From NCBI GenBank assembly GCA_002269645.1, contig NIVC01002707.1:84274-148273 (forward strand): a DNA stretch of 64,000 nucleotides. The letters are read 5' to 3'. The translations under genes and the position numbers were made by a program. Shown piece after piece: positions 36,624-49,619 of the stretch. This DNA comes from Macrostomum lignano (Eukaryota). Below the pieces are notes generated by a model that had not been told where the DNA came from, searched no databases, and saw only the letters and a program-made list of their open reading frames with translations. Position 1 is the first letter of the stretch. Each line of letters opens with the position of its first letter.

Positions 36624-39600
36624 TCACTTCATCGCGTCAACGCGAGCCTCAACGCGGTCGAGCTCGGATCGCAGCACGGGCGGAATGTCGTCGCCCACCT
36701 GCTCCTCGAGGTAGCGCCTAGTCTCGTGGATGTCGCCCTTCCAGTAGTCAGGCGGGATGCTGAACAGCTCCTTCCAGTTGATGTTCAGGCCATCCGTGTT
36801 GATGCTGCCCTCCTTGGGCACCAGGCCGACAGCGGTTGGCTCGGCGATGTCCTCGCCGTCGACGCGGCGCATCATCCAGTCCAGAACGCGGATGTTCTCG
36901 CCAAAGCCTGGCCAGAGAAATTTTTCGTTTTGATCCTTGCGGAACCAGTTGACGTGGAAGATCTTTGGCATCTTGCGGCCGGGCTTCTCCATGTCTAGCC
37001 AATGCTGCAGGTACTTGCCGAAGTTGTAGCCAAGGAACGGTCGCATCGCCATGGGGTCGTGCATGATCTGCTTGCCCTTGAACTCCGCGGCGGCCGTGGC
37101 CTCTGACTTCACCTGAAATAATCAATTATTAATTATTATCAATTATTAATCATGCTTTCTAATCATCAAACATAAGCGTTTTTTTCGTTAGACCAGGGGT
37201 CGGCAAACTCCGGTCCACGAAGTCTCTCTATCCAGAACTCGGGTCCTATGAAACATCACAATGGCGATCCAGTCCGCTTAAGGTCACAGCTCTCTTACTT
37301 TCTCTCTCCGAGTGCATGAGTAAGACGTCTACGGTAGAATAGTGGCTACGAGGTCTGCAATAAGCCTAATCAACTCACTTGAGCGCCAAGGAAAACGCCG
37401 TGCTTCCAGTCCTCGGCCTCGATGACCAGCGGCACGCCTTCGGGCCGGCGACCGCCGAAGATGATGCCAGAGATGGGCACTCCGGCCGGGTCCTCCCATT
37501 TGGGATGCATGATTGGGCAGTTCTTAGCCGGGGCGGTAAAACGCGAGTTGGGATGCGAGGAGGGATAATTCTCCTTGCTGCCAATCTTGTAGGGCTTGCC
37601 TAGCCAAGTAGTGATTGGGATGTCCTTGTCCACTTCGTCTTCCAGGCCCTCCCAGAAGTAGCCGCCGTCGGCTGTCTCGGCCACGTTAGTGAGAATGCAG
37701 TCGCGCTGCAGGGCGGCCATGGCGTTGGGGTTGGTCTGGTGGTTGGTGCCGGGGGCGACGCCGAAGAAGCCGTTCTCCGGGTTGATAGCCATCAGCTGGC
37801 CGTCTTTGTTGAACCGCATCCAGGCTATGTCGTCTCCAACACAGCGCACAGTGTAGCCGGGCAGGGTAGGCTGAATCATGGCCAAGTTGGTCTTGCCGCA
37901 GGCGGACGGGAACGCGGCAACGAAGAATTTTTCAACACCCTTAGGATTGGTGACGCTCATAATTAGCATGTGCTCGGCCATCCAGCCTTCGTCGTAGGCA
38001 ATTCGGCCGGCAATGCGAAGGGCGAAGCACTTCTTGCCTAGCAGGGAGTTGCCGCCGTAGCCGGACCCGTAGCTAACCACCATCCGATCGTCTGGCATAT
38101 GGGCGATGATCACCTTCTCGGGGTTGCCTAAGGTTGCAAATAAAATAATCGTCTTTGCAATTGCAACACAATGTCTTTGTGAAAAATGTGATTTACGTAA
38201 CTTTTTTGCTTACTGTAACCGCAGATCTAGAACTAGAATAGCTAGATGGGCCACTCAGCACATTTGCGTGTGAGCTACTTTTAGTTTTAGTACCCTCCAA
38301 TAACTAAATTAACTATGGAGGGATTATTAGTAATTTAGTTTTAGAGGAGAGAAGAAACAGGAGTGGAGAGAGGAGAAAGGATAGGAGAGAAGAGAGGAGA
38401 GAAGAAACAGGAGTGGAGAGAGGAGAAAGGATAGGAGAGAAGAGAGGAGAGAAGAAACAGGAGTGGAGAGAGGAGAAAGGATAGGAGAGAGGAGAGGAGA
38501 GAAGTAGAGAGGAGGAGAGAGAAGAGGAGAGAAGCGAGACGAGAGGAAAGATTCGACTAGGGAGCTGAGAAGAGACACAAAACTCAAGCGGGCCGGATTG
38601 CTATTGTAAAATTTCAAAGAACCCGAGGGCCGGATAGAGGCTTCACGGGCCGCATGTGGCCCGCAGGCCGATGTTTGCTGACCTCTGTTTTACAATCTCA
38701 CAAACTTTCACATTCCGTTAGATGCTAAAAACAGCGCAGGTAAAAAAAGCTAAAAACAGCCCACAAAACTTTTGTCCCCTATTGGGAATTCCTCCCCTTA
38801 ATTGTCAATTTTAATGACAAATGAGTAATGAGACACGAACTGAGTGTGAGTGGCTGTTTACAAAGTCTAGACAGACAGCACATCAGTTCAAACTTCGAAT
38901 AGAATAGAAATAGGGGAACTGCCGGCGAAGGAAAGTGGGGTGGTGGAGCTGGCCAACAACTGGAGTACCAATGTACATTGATAGGGCTGACTGTACAGTA
39001 GAATCGGACTTTCTTAGAATACATCCAATTGTATTAATTTTTTATATCTGGTTCTTCAGTATCGAATATTCTGGCCTGTCAGTGGCGCAACCAGAATTTT
39101 TTTGAGGGGCGGATTTTGGAGGGTAAAGACCCCAGGGGGGGGGGCGGAAGGGGCGGCTCCTGTATTGTGGCAAAAATGCGTTTGGTCCTCCCTCTGATTT
39201 TCTTTAGGTCTCCGCCTAAGGGGGGGGGGGACCGCCCCCACCCCTCGGGGTGCGCCCCTGTGGGCTGTGGCCCGTGGTCTTGGACTGAAAACCTCATCTG
39301 GCCCTTGAGTGGAGAAAGGTTGCCAACCTCTGATCCAGTGATCTAGCGCATGACTGCGGGCCGGAGGGGAGAGGAGAGGGAAGAGAGGAGAGGAGAGGGG
39401 ACAGGAGAGAAGAGATAAGAGAAGAGAGAAAGAGAGCTGAGAATAGACACAAACCCGGATTGCTATAAATTTTGTGAAATTTTAAATTTCAGATAGATAG
39501 AGAGGCTTTGCAGGCCCGCCGGTCAGAGTTTGCCGACCACTGAGCTAGACAGTAGATTTTAGCTGGCCTACATGGGCACTCACAACTATCATAGCGTTTG

Positions 39601-41960
39601 GGGGGAAGCAACTGTGTGACCCTTTCTGCCCTTGAAATGCTGCAAATGTGTTTTTTTGCTAAAAAGTAACAAGGTTTAGTTTAGTTGAGTACAGATACTG
39701 TTTATAGTATCTGTGATACTAACTAATCACTAACTAGACCAGCGACTAGTGTCCACTTGTCATTTTGTGACCCCAACTGTTTACTGTTTACTGTTTTTTT
39801 TCGTTTTGACCAGGGACTTCTAGAGCTAGCACCACTGGACTGGAAGCGAAAAATGATGCTATTTTTAGGAGTCACTGTTTTGACCCAGCTAAAAGCAAAA
39901 ATATTAGTCCTAAAAATATCTTTATTACGCATTCTTATTTACGTAACTTTTTAGCAATAGGAAACTGGCAGATGGGCAAAGAACTCCATTCAAGCTTGCC
40001 ATACTAAATGTAGTGGATGACGTGCAGCAAAACAAGTACGTGTATGAATAATGATATCGTAATAGTCTGGTAGGTATAAATGAGTTTTATCCATCCCAGG
40101 ATCAGCAAGTCGGGATTCTGCGATCCTTACTACCAACACAGGGAGCACTGGAGATATGTAACATAAGTGACCTTACTACCTAACTAGCACAAAGTTCCTC
40201 AAAAATACAGATTTTGAGAAACTTGATCTCGTTTTAAAGCTTAACTAATTATTCACAACTGACATGAGTTTCATTAGTAGAGCAGGAGCACAAGTTTATG
40301 CGACAGGAAGTCTCAAAACTCTTTCCCAACAAAGTTGAAGGAAACTGAAATAAAGATATAAATCGATGAAATACAATCGGGAATGGTTTGATTTAAGCGC
40401 TAGCATTCTAAAATATTCGAATAACACGCATTAGTTAGCTGCAAACTTTTTATCTATTTACCCTGTACAAACCAACCCTCCCGGGTACAGGACAAGGCCA
40501 GCAACAGCCGGGCGACCTTGACGCGTTTTTTAGTCAGCCCAGGGGTAGTGCGCGAATGTACGCATATGTATGTACATTGGCTTTTATTTACCCACAGTCC
40601 GGTCTGAAGTGTTCAACCCAATCCAGTTCTGACTAACTAGCAAGCGCGAAGTCTGGGGTGGGTAGAAAAAAATGACGACCTTCTTCTGAACCGAAAACAA
40701 CCGACCTTAGTTTGGTATGAATAATACCACAGCCCCTGGCTAAATTCCTATTCTTGATACTTAGTTCTGTCTACCCCTTTTTCCTCTGTACAAGCATATT
40801 ACACTGCGCACATTTACACTCAGCAACAGCTAAAACCCCCGCCTCCCTAACTCACTGCCTGCCACTCTGCCCAAAAGTTTTTGCATGCCATCGGTGATTC
40901 AGAAATGTGCGAATACTGCCGCCGCCACTGCCAGACAGATTAGCAGATTGGGGGGGGGAGTTGACGCAACACGCTGGTGGCGGTCCAATGAATCCATTGA
41001 TGAGCCCATTGATGAACCCCATAGAACTGCATATCTGGGACTTGCTATCTTTGACTTTGAAACAGTTATAGGCCTACAGATAGGCGGAATGAATCCATTT
41101 GTTTCAAGCCTATATTATTATTATAGAAACAATCTACATTTAAGAACGTAAAGAACTTTTATTGTCATCAACTTAGGTTCCTATTTTAGTTATATAGAAA
41201 CTACTGAACTTACAAGACCAATGATTGACAACTCGGTAATTGACTGGACGAGGACAGCCGACGCTGTGCAGGCAGCGAACGAACTCGTTGTTGCCGAGCA
41301 CGCGCCAGATATCGTGCGACACGCGCGTCATCAAGCGCATGCACAGCACAACATAGTTGGAGTCGGTGAGTTCGACGCCAATCTTAGACAATGGCGAGCC
41401 AATAGGACCCATGGAGAATGGGATCACGTACATCATGCGGCCTGCAAATTGGTTGGGTTTGGCGTCATCTCTACACTGTGCAACTGATATCTGAAATATT
41501 AATTTTATTGTATTAATAACTGACCAGCCATGCAGCCAGGAAATCGCTCTTGCATGGCGGCGTCCATATTTTCGGGACTAATCCAGTGGGCCAGCTGGGA
41601 TGCAGCACCGTCTTTGGTGTGACACTCGGTGGCATAGCGATCAACTGAGCACACGACTGTGCGCGATTCAACGCGGGCAACGTCACGCGGATCAGTGCGA
41701 CAGATGTAGGTGTTGGGGTACTTAGTGAGCTTGTGCAGAGTGCCGCGCTCCATCAGCTTAGCAGTGATTTCTTCAGCTTCTTCCACAGATCCATCACAGA
41801 TATACACAGCCCTAGGCTGGCACACATCAACCCATTGGGTAACAAAATCTTGAACCTGCTTGGGCAAATACTTGAAGTCACCCTTGGCAACTGGCACATG
41901 GCCAATATGAGGTACAACAATCTCATGCACTTCAAAGGCTGATTCTTTTAGTCGCCACAT
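36624..41960 (-). CDS. PCK: Phosphoenolpyruvate carboxykinase [GTP], 4 coding exons, 633 aa
   Basis: Exons 41525-41960, 41214-41441, 37379-38127, 36624-37112. All introns are GT-AG with matching phases, total 1902 nt. Signatures: [63 protein letters not shown] and [12 protein letters not shown]. Confidence 0.96.
37194..37310 (-). mobile_element. hAT-like terminal fragment (family copy 1, inverted)
   Basis: Begins CAGGGGTCGGCAAAC. Its reverse complement is homologous to 38570-38690 and 39420-39542. Confidence 0.6.
38330..38690 (+). mobile_element. hAT-like terminal fragment with a GA-rich 50-bp repeat (family copy 2)
   Basis: Three 50-bp GA-rich units, then GGGCCGCATGTGGCCCGC...TTTGCTGACCTCTG, a typical hAT-type end. 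Confidence 0.6.
39080..39260. mobile_element. hAT-type MITE with 8-bp TSD
   Basis: Imperfect TIRs CAGTGGCGCAACC / GGGTGCGCCCCTG, with flanks TGGCCTGT and TGGGCTGT (7/8 identical). Confidence 0.75.
39350..39542 (+). mobile_element. hAT-like terminal fragment (family copy 3)
   Basis: GA-rich tract, then CCGGATTGCTA...GTTTGCCGACCACTG. Confidence 0.6.
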
Positions 41961-43487
41961 TCTTCTTGCTTGAGTTGATTAGATCTGTGGATATAAAGAA
42001 TATCAATAAAAATTTATTAGATTAAAAACATAGATAATCTATAGTCTAGATTATACTCCTAGTCAGAGTTAGTCTCATAGGCAAGTATAAATTAGAATAA
42101 AAATTATACGGGCCTAGTTTCTTATTCTATAAAGTGTATATAAAAATATTTTATGGTAAAAAATAAAGTCATTTTTATCAACTCATTCTATGAATTAGTA
42201 AAATTGAATACTTTATTTTATTTCCCCTAAGACATTATTTTAAGAGTTTTTTGTGCAAAATTTAACTCTACCCTATTTCAAACATGAAAGTAGCTTTTTT
42301 ATATCTTATATTCACCAGGATGGAATTCTTGCACGAAAATTGCAACGCATTTTTGCGTTCAGGAAAAAAATTGAAAAAAATAGTGCAATGCAAAAAAAAT
42401 TGCGCACCTGTACGGGCTGCAAAAAATGCAACAAAAATTGCTAATTATTTTGTGACTGTTTGCACAGTTTAAATTTATAAATTATTGACTTTACTGTATT
42501 AAATCTAGAATTACTACAAAAACGTAACATTTATAGTTCATTATTTACGAACTGTTCAAATTTAAAATTCTCTACTTAAAAAACAAAGATAATCAGTTTA
42601 ATATTTATTGTAATGAGTCATCAAAAAATGCAAGTATAACACTATCGCAAAACATTATTTTGACAATTGGTAATGCTAAAAATTGCACCACTAAATTTTT
42701 TTAAGATTGTAAAATTGCGTTTGGTTCAATATGGAATTGCGCACCAAAAAAGTCGCAATTTTCCATTTTATATGCCAGATGCAAGAATTCCATGCTGGTA
42801 TATCCATAGTCTCAAAGAGGGGTGGTATGCCAGATTAATCCAACATACACTCATGACTTTTGGCATACACTTGGTGAGACAACTTTTTGTAAAATCTGGT
42901 ATAAATGTTTTTGCAGTTGCAGAATCAAATTGTGAAATAAAAGTATTTAATTGGAAAGTAAGTATTTTGAGATAATGAAATAAATCTTGGCATGCATTGT
43001 TTTTCTGATGTAAAGAATATCAGCAAAAAAGTGAAACAAAGGAGCAAAAAAATTTGCTGAGCTGCAAAACCAGAAATAAGGCTTGTAACAAGACTTGTTT
43101 TTTTCTGGGATTACAATTTTGGGTTGGAAAAAGTTTGGCATACACTGGCATAGGCATAGGCCTACCAAAAAATTGTGGGAGATTTTAGTCCAGCATACCT
43201 TCAGGCTTCAGGGTGTTCCAAACTATGGTCATATATGTGCTATTTAATAGTTTGCTAATCAAATTCATATACTAAGTTCAGAAAATTAAAATTTGAAAAA
43301 ATGTTTTAGGCCTAATTCTGTTTTTACTGCAATTTCATCAATAAGTCTAAATACCAAAATTTATTAGCCCTTGGCGGTGGCCTATGAAAGCATGTTTTTC
43401 GAACAATTTAATATTAAGTACTTTTAATTTTAGTAGGAGTTTTAGATACCTGCCTGCTAAAGCTAACAGAATTTTTATTTTGCTTAC

Positions 43488-43637
43488 CTAGTAGATAGTC
43501 GCGCAAGGTAGAATTAAGCAGACGTTAGGATTAGTGTAGGATTAGTGTTACTGTTACGCGTGTACTCGACTTTGAAATCGTCCAGACGAAGGCTTTGGCG
43601 GGCGGACGACTTGCCATGTGAGTCTTGACTTTATATA
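43488..43637 (-). promoter_or_regulatory. Putative PEPCK TATA box and non-coding first exon
   Basis: Minus-strand TATATAAAG at 43637-43629 and a strong donor AG|GTAAGC at 43488/43487. A matching acceptor TTCTTTATATCCACAG lies 24 nt upstream of the PEPCK ATG. Confidence 0.45.
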
Positions 43638-44845
43638 TTATACCAATTTTATGTCGCAAAAACAAAATGAATTTGAATTATTTCCCCCGTTTTTATAGCA
43701 CGCTGTAACTTTACCTTTACTCTATCATAAAATTTTATTAAAAATAAGTCATATCAATTCGTCTTTTTTGTTAATAAAGCATTCGAAAAAGTTATAACTA
43801 TCCTGGCGAATATCTTTTCTATGCACTGATCCAGCTAGCCTAACTAGTGGAACGTAGCAGACATCAGTGGCAGTAGTCTGACATTAAAGTTCCCTTACCA
43901 AATGCCTTTTCGTCAACTATGATACATTTAAACCGTTACTATGTCACTTTATCACTTTAGAAGTTCGTCAAAGATCCTTCATGTACACCTACATAATGCA
44001 TTTAAATATATCTTGTTCAAGAGACTATAGGGAATGAGTACTGTACAAAAAGTAACATATAGCCATGTAAAAGCTTCGAGGTACAATCAAGATAAGTATA
44101 GGGAAGCGAGATAAAAGGCGAACTGGCATTGTGGGATACATATCACGGTACGTGTATACACGCACAGCAATCCCATGTCGGTGCAGGTCTGAGTACTGAC
44201 GTTCCCGACTTAATCTAATCGACGTTCGATGACTTCTGGACGTCAGCCGACGTTGCTGACGTCGGATTGCTGTACGTACTTGTACATGTGCAAGATGTAA
44301 ATTGCATTGTATATGCATGATTGTGTAGAGGCTATGTTAGATCGAGTACAGGTTTTTTCTTTACTGTACGTGTAAAACTATTGTAATCTATAAAGTGTAC
44401 ATGCATATTACATGTTACATGTACATTTTTTTATTTTTAGTATTAAATCTGCGTGTATGGGGCTGTTTTTACATGCACTAGGGCTCAAAGAAATTATAGG
44501 AGAAACCATTTAAAAATCGGGTTTCCGACCAGTAGTACAACTATAGTTTCTTTTTGCTGTCAATCTCGAAGGCCGTTGTTAAATTTCATTTAATTCGCCA
44601 CCGGATATCAGAGATAAGGCATAAAAGGGTACACCTGACTATAATCTAGTGCCTGGATCTGACAAAGATCGGAGAACTAAAAGTAGAGGAGCTGTTTGTC
44701 TGTTAGTCCACTGCAGCCGACTAATTTTAGCTTTTCATTTATCTATAAGCTTCCATAGCGAGAAAGGCATAAAACAATTTGAAAATAGTTCTCTTCAATA
44801 CGACACTTTCACTTCTCTTAACGAATTAGAACAATAGATTACTTG

Positions 44846-46050
44846 TGTATTAGCCTGGCAAATACTGCCTCAAAGACTAGCACAATATAGAGCAAGTAGC
44901 AAATAAAGCAATAATCATATACAGATGCTGAACGGGGGGGGGTCAGGTAAGGGAAACTCCCAGCAATAAAACAGGTTCAGCTAGCCTCGATCCACCAAAC
45001 CAATCATAAACTCAGTGTTGTACTTGGGGTTTTCTCGGGGTGGCCTGGTAGGTCTTTGAATCCCACCGCTGCCACCAGTGAAGCACTTGTGGTTGTCCTG
45101 CTGTACAGCGCAGTGATTTGGGCTCTCCGTCTTCTCACTCGGAAGCCTTCTTAGCTCTTAGTAGCGTACGTAGTGCTGCCACCAGTTCCTTCAGGTCTCG
45201 GCCTTCGGTGAGGTGAGCTTCCCGTCGGAACGAAATAACGAAGTCAATGAACACAGCACCAAGTGCAGATTTGCAGTTCAACGAACTAGGCGTCTCGTCA
45301 GCGGTACCTGCCGGGCTTGGTTGGTAGAGGGAGGGCTGAGTTAGCCTCTCGTAGGCTTGAGGCGCTTGAGTCGGGACTCAGTCAGACCAATAAGGACAGA
45401 ACTGAACGCACACAGATGGGCTGACACTCAGAACTCGCGGTCTCGGGAAAACGGCTAGAAACTCCTTGACGGAAACAAGGGGGAGGGGGGTCCTATTTAT
45501 AGCCGGGAAACACCCACGCACAAGACCTCGTGACTCGTTCTATTTTTAGAACTGACGTCACTTGAGAGTCTTGGGCAGGGTACAAGCGTGCGGAAGACCT
45601 CGTGACTCGTTCTATTTTTAGAACTGACGTCACTTGAGGTCTCCGGCCAGAGTACACGCGGCTGTGACTCAGTTGCTATTTTTATCAACATGAGTCACTC
45701 CTCTCCTTAGAGAAGGGAGGGGTCCGAAAGCACGTGATTCTCCCGGTAAACAGGGCCAACGAGTGCAGTAAACATGTTTACTGCACTTTAAGACTCAAAG
45801 AACGCAAGAACTGTCATGTGACTAGCTCACAAGACAGGGAAAAACGGGACGGAAGCGAAACAGAGACAGCTCACAGCAGAGAAGCTGAGGGTTGAGAACA
45901 GAGACGCAGAAGGGCAGAACAGGCGAAGGGCAGCAACAGACGGGCCAAGGGGGGCGGGAAACTGACCAGCGGCAGACAGCAACCCAGGGCGAGGGCGAGG
46001 GAGACTGCTGACAATGTGGGACGCCTAACATCAACTAGCGGATCACTACA
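44846..46050 (-). mobile_element. Putative 3' LTR of the Gypsy element (far boundary uncertain)
   Basis: On the minus strand a purine tract TTTGAACGGCGAGAG directly precedes TGTAGTGA at 46050. TATAAATA lies at 45501-45494, and there is an internal 72-bp duplication. The 44846 end is only a tentative TGTA match. Confidence 0.5.
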
Positions 46051-47020
46051 CTCTCGCCGTTCAAATGAAGAGGCGGAGTGAAAACGAAGCGCGCTTTATT
46101 TAATAAACAAAATAGTGATTTTACTAAATAAAATTATTACAAATGCCTGGCAAAAGGATGGCAGTGTCACAAGGCATGCAAATTATTACACGGCTGGGCC
46201 AAGGTCAGGATTGTGACCCGAAATGGCGAAGCACCAATAGCACCCTAGAAAATCATAAAATCGGAGGGGCTGGCAAGTCCCTCGGGCGTACGCAGAATCA
46301 GGACATCAGTCCGACAGCGGTTCGGGGGCGCCGGCCCGGAAAATGGGCGCCTAAACATACGGGATACCATAGACAGCCGGCAGAGCCCGTCACTGGGGAG
46401 AATGGGGATGCAGAACTGCATCAGAGCAACAGCTCGCGGGAAGATAAACGAGTAAGCATTGCGGGGGCGCTGGCCCGCTATTGAGGCGCCACATAAAGTA
46501 GAGCAGGGAGAAATCAGAGGGTGCCTGTCAGCACCAAGTCCACAGAGTCAGAGTTAATCGCTGCGTTGGGTTGATCGGTGCACGCAGATGCGGGCAGTGC
46601 GACTAACATACGTCTTGGCCCTAGGATTAATGATTAGCCTCTTAGGCTGCCTACGATTCCTAGCCGGCCTACCGGCATCTACAATTCCTACTGACGCTTC
46701 CACCGGAGTGGTGCATAGCGACGGCCCAGGGGTCTGGACCACAGAAAAAGCAGCACTGGGGGCGGGAGCAGAAACGGGCGGAAAAGAAACAGCAGGCATA
46801 GACGCATCAAGAACAGGCTCATGCAAATGACATTCACCATACGGCACTGGCTCATGCCGAAGTGCACTTGCCTGGTTCGCTGGTGTCGTGACCGATCCAC
46901 CTCCTGGCTGCACCTCCGGGATCGCCAAAGGCCGGAAGTGCCATCGGAAGGCCGGCCTTGCGTCGTAGCCATCATCATCATCATCGTCGGGGTCGTCCTG
47001 GTCGTCCTCGGGAATCGGCG

Positions 47021-49273
47021 TCAGGGTCGCGGGCCGTCGGGGACGTCGGGCGGCCGCCGGAGTTTCTTCGGCTTGTCGACTTCAGGATCAGATGTCCTCG
47101 TGTAGTCAGCGTCAGGCACGAGCAGAAGGTTCCGGCGATGGACGACTAGCTCGTCTCGTTTAGCTCTCGGGTTGGGCAGTCTCTGTCGAATCTTGTAGAC
47201 AACCTCGCCCTTAGGCTCGACGACTTCGTACAGTGCTTTGCGCGGTCGATGAAACTTCGCCGCCTCGTCCGGTTCAAGCACCGGTTGTTGAGGAAGACCA
47301 GATCACCGGGTTGAAGCTTCTTGGCGGCGGGCAGGTTCGAGTAGTGCTCGTCTCGCAGTTGCTGGTGCAGATGCAGGCGCTCCTTGGCTAGCTCAGTCGC
47401 CTCGTCCAGACGACGTTGGAAGTCCTTGACGTAGTCTGGCAGGTCGGCATACTCGGGCAGCTTCTTCAGCGCGTTGTCGATCGGGAGTCGGAAGTCACGG
47501 CCGAACACCAGGTAGTGAGGAGCAGCGCGCATGCTTCCACTGCCTAGCCCAGGCGACTCTTGGCTGTAGGGCGAGACGCAACACGTGAAGCACGTCTCGT
47601 CGCAGGCAGCCGTAGCCGTCGACTCAGTCGTCGTCAAAGTTGGGTGAGTCTTCTCCTGCACTGGGCGGTGTCGCAAAGGGGGGTTCGACTTTCCGACCAG
47701 GCGATGAGCAGCTGTCTGTCGGCCCGGGGGACAGAGTTTCGACCTTGTAGCTGGCGCGAGAATCTGGCCCTTGTCAACATGGCGAGAAATCTCAGCGAAA
47801 GGCTCAGAAGGGTTGTACTTAAGTTGTTGTCCTGGAGTTGCATTGCGGGCAGTCATCAGAAGGGCTGCTGGTGCGGTGGCCTTTGAATCTTGGTCCGTGG
47901 GCGTCTCCAGATTCCGAGACCGGAAGTCTTGGGCGTTGTCAAGGAGGTCTGCGTCAGCGGTGGCCTCTAGGACTTCGTCCAGGTTGGTCTCCAAATAGCG
48001 GCCGGCGGCGTGGGCATCGCGGCAGAGGGCTGTTGTCGCAGTGGCCTCTGGGTTGTCGTCCAGGCCGGTCTCCAGGCGTTGACTGCTGCGGTGGGCGTCG
48101 TGCTGGAAGGCTGCTGGTGCGGTGGCTTTCAGGTCTTCGTCCAGGTCAGTCTCGGCCTCCAAGTTGCGAGAGTGGACAGTCTTCGGGGGGGCTGCTCTGG
48201 CAGTGGCCTCGGGAGTCGCGTCCATGTCCGGTTCCAGGTCGTGGTCGTCACCGGGTCGGGCTGCAGAACCGGGTTGCTCCTGCAGTCGGCCATGATCGAA
48301 GAAGATCGGCGGGCTCTCCGGTCTTCTTGACAGGGCATCAGCGTTGGCTTGGTCCTTGCCTTTGCGGTGGTTGAGCTGGAAGCGGAACTCGCTTAGGCGT
48401 TCGATCCAGCGGCCTAAAATACCTGTGGCCTGAGTTTGGTTCAGTAACCACAGTAGGCCCGATGATCGGATCGAACTTCAAACTTCTTGCCGATTAAGTA
48501 ATGACGGAAATGTCGCATAGCGTCCACAATTGCAAGCGGCTCTTTCTTCGTGACCGTGTAGCGCTTCTCAGGATCGCGAAGTTTACGGCTAAAGAATGCA
48601 ATTGGACGTTCGACGCCGTCGGATTGCAGTTGTCCAAGACAAGCGCCTATTCGAATATCAGAGGCATCCGTGTCGAGGACAAACTTCACTGCAGGATCAG
48701 AATTAAACTCAGACAGAGCGAGAACTTCAGTCGAACACAATTTCTTCTTCAGAGTGTCGAACGCTCGGGAGTCCAGTGCTGCCGCAGGCTGCCAATGTCC
48801 TTTCGCGTCAGGGCATGCAGCGGCGCAGCCACTCCAGCGTAGCCGTCGACAAACTTGTGGTAGTAATTGGCGAGGCCTAGGAATTGTCTCGGTTGAGTAA
48901 CGGACTGTGGCACGGGCCAATCACGGATCTGCGCAATCTTGTCCTCACAGGTCTTCAGGCCGTCGGGAGTCACGACGTGACCTAAATAATGCAGCTCCTT
49001 GAGGAACAAATGACACTTCTTCGGTTTCACTTTGAGGTTGGCTGCGATGATGCGCTGGAGTACAGTTCGCAAGTTATCCAGCTGTTCCTCGAAAGTCACT
49101 GAGTGCACCACGATGTCGTCCATGTAGCCAAGCGCAGTCTTTGGCGTCAGGCCGTCTAGGAGCTTATTTATGCAACGCTGAAAGCTGCCGGGACTATCGT
49201 GGAGACCCATCGGTAGAACGTTAAAACAGAATTGGCCATTAAGTAAAGTGGCCACTTTATAAAAATAGCTCAC
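47021..49273 (-). mobile_element. Decayed Ty3/Gypsy pol (RT, RNase H, partial integrase), 5'-truncated
   Basis: RT motifs FNVLPMGLHDSPGSFQR and YMDDIVV; RNase H motifs LDTDASD, IAFFSRKL and RSDHRA...ANADALSR; integrase remnants CFTC, HYLVFGRDFRLPID and a GPY/F-like YEVV...VYKI. Several frameshifts are present. No gag or protease, and the integrase catalytic core is missing. Confidence 0.93.
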
Positions 49274-49619
49274 AATAAATTGCTAGCATGGAAGGGGTGG
49301 GGAGAGTTATCAGAGGGAGAGAGAGAGAGAGAGCTACAGTATGGGCAAGTACATTGAGTTTTTTAAATCACAACACTAAATTAAAGAAATGGTAATCTTC
49401 ACTGCCACAGATCAAATGCAGTCAAGATTTTGTGATAAAAAAGGAATTTTTTCTATCTCCGCAGTTTTTTTTTCAGAAAATTGGCCTCTAAAAACGCGAT
49501 CTTTGAATTTCACCTCCTGTTATCTCCTGTTTCACCTCCTATTACAGTGGTCTATGCGATAAAATATTGCAGGTTAACGATCTCCACTTCATATATACAC
49601 AGAAAACTTTGCTGTCCAC

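Noticed and set aside
37194-39542. One 2.3-kb hAT element that captured PEPCK exon 3 (matching TIRs, flanks CGTTAGAC/AGCTAGAC)
   Set aside because: The two ends are copies of the same terminus in opposite orientation, a third copy lies between them, and the flanks match only 6/8, which a shared TAGAC target preference explains. The exon is part of an intact gene.
41880-41960. Mitochondrial targeting peptide on PEPCK
   Set aside because: The N-terminus ([16 protein letters not shown]) is short and contains acidic residues, unlike an Arg/Ser-rich presequence.
43531-43617. 28-codon uORF upstream of PEPCK
   Set aside because: Its ATG is only about 12 nt downstream of the putative TATA box, so it probably lies upstream of the transcription start.
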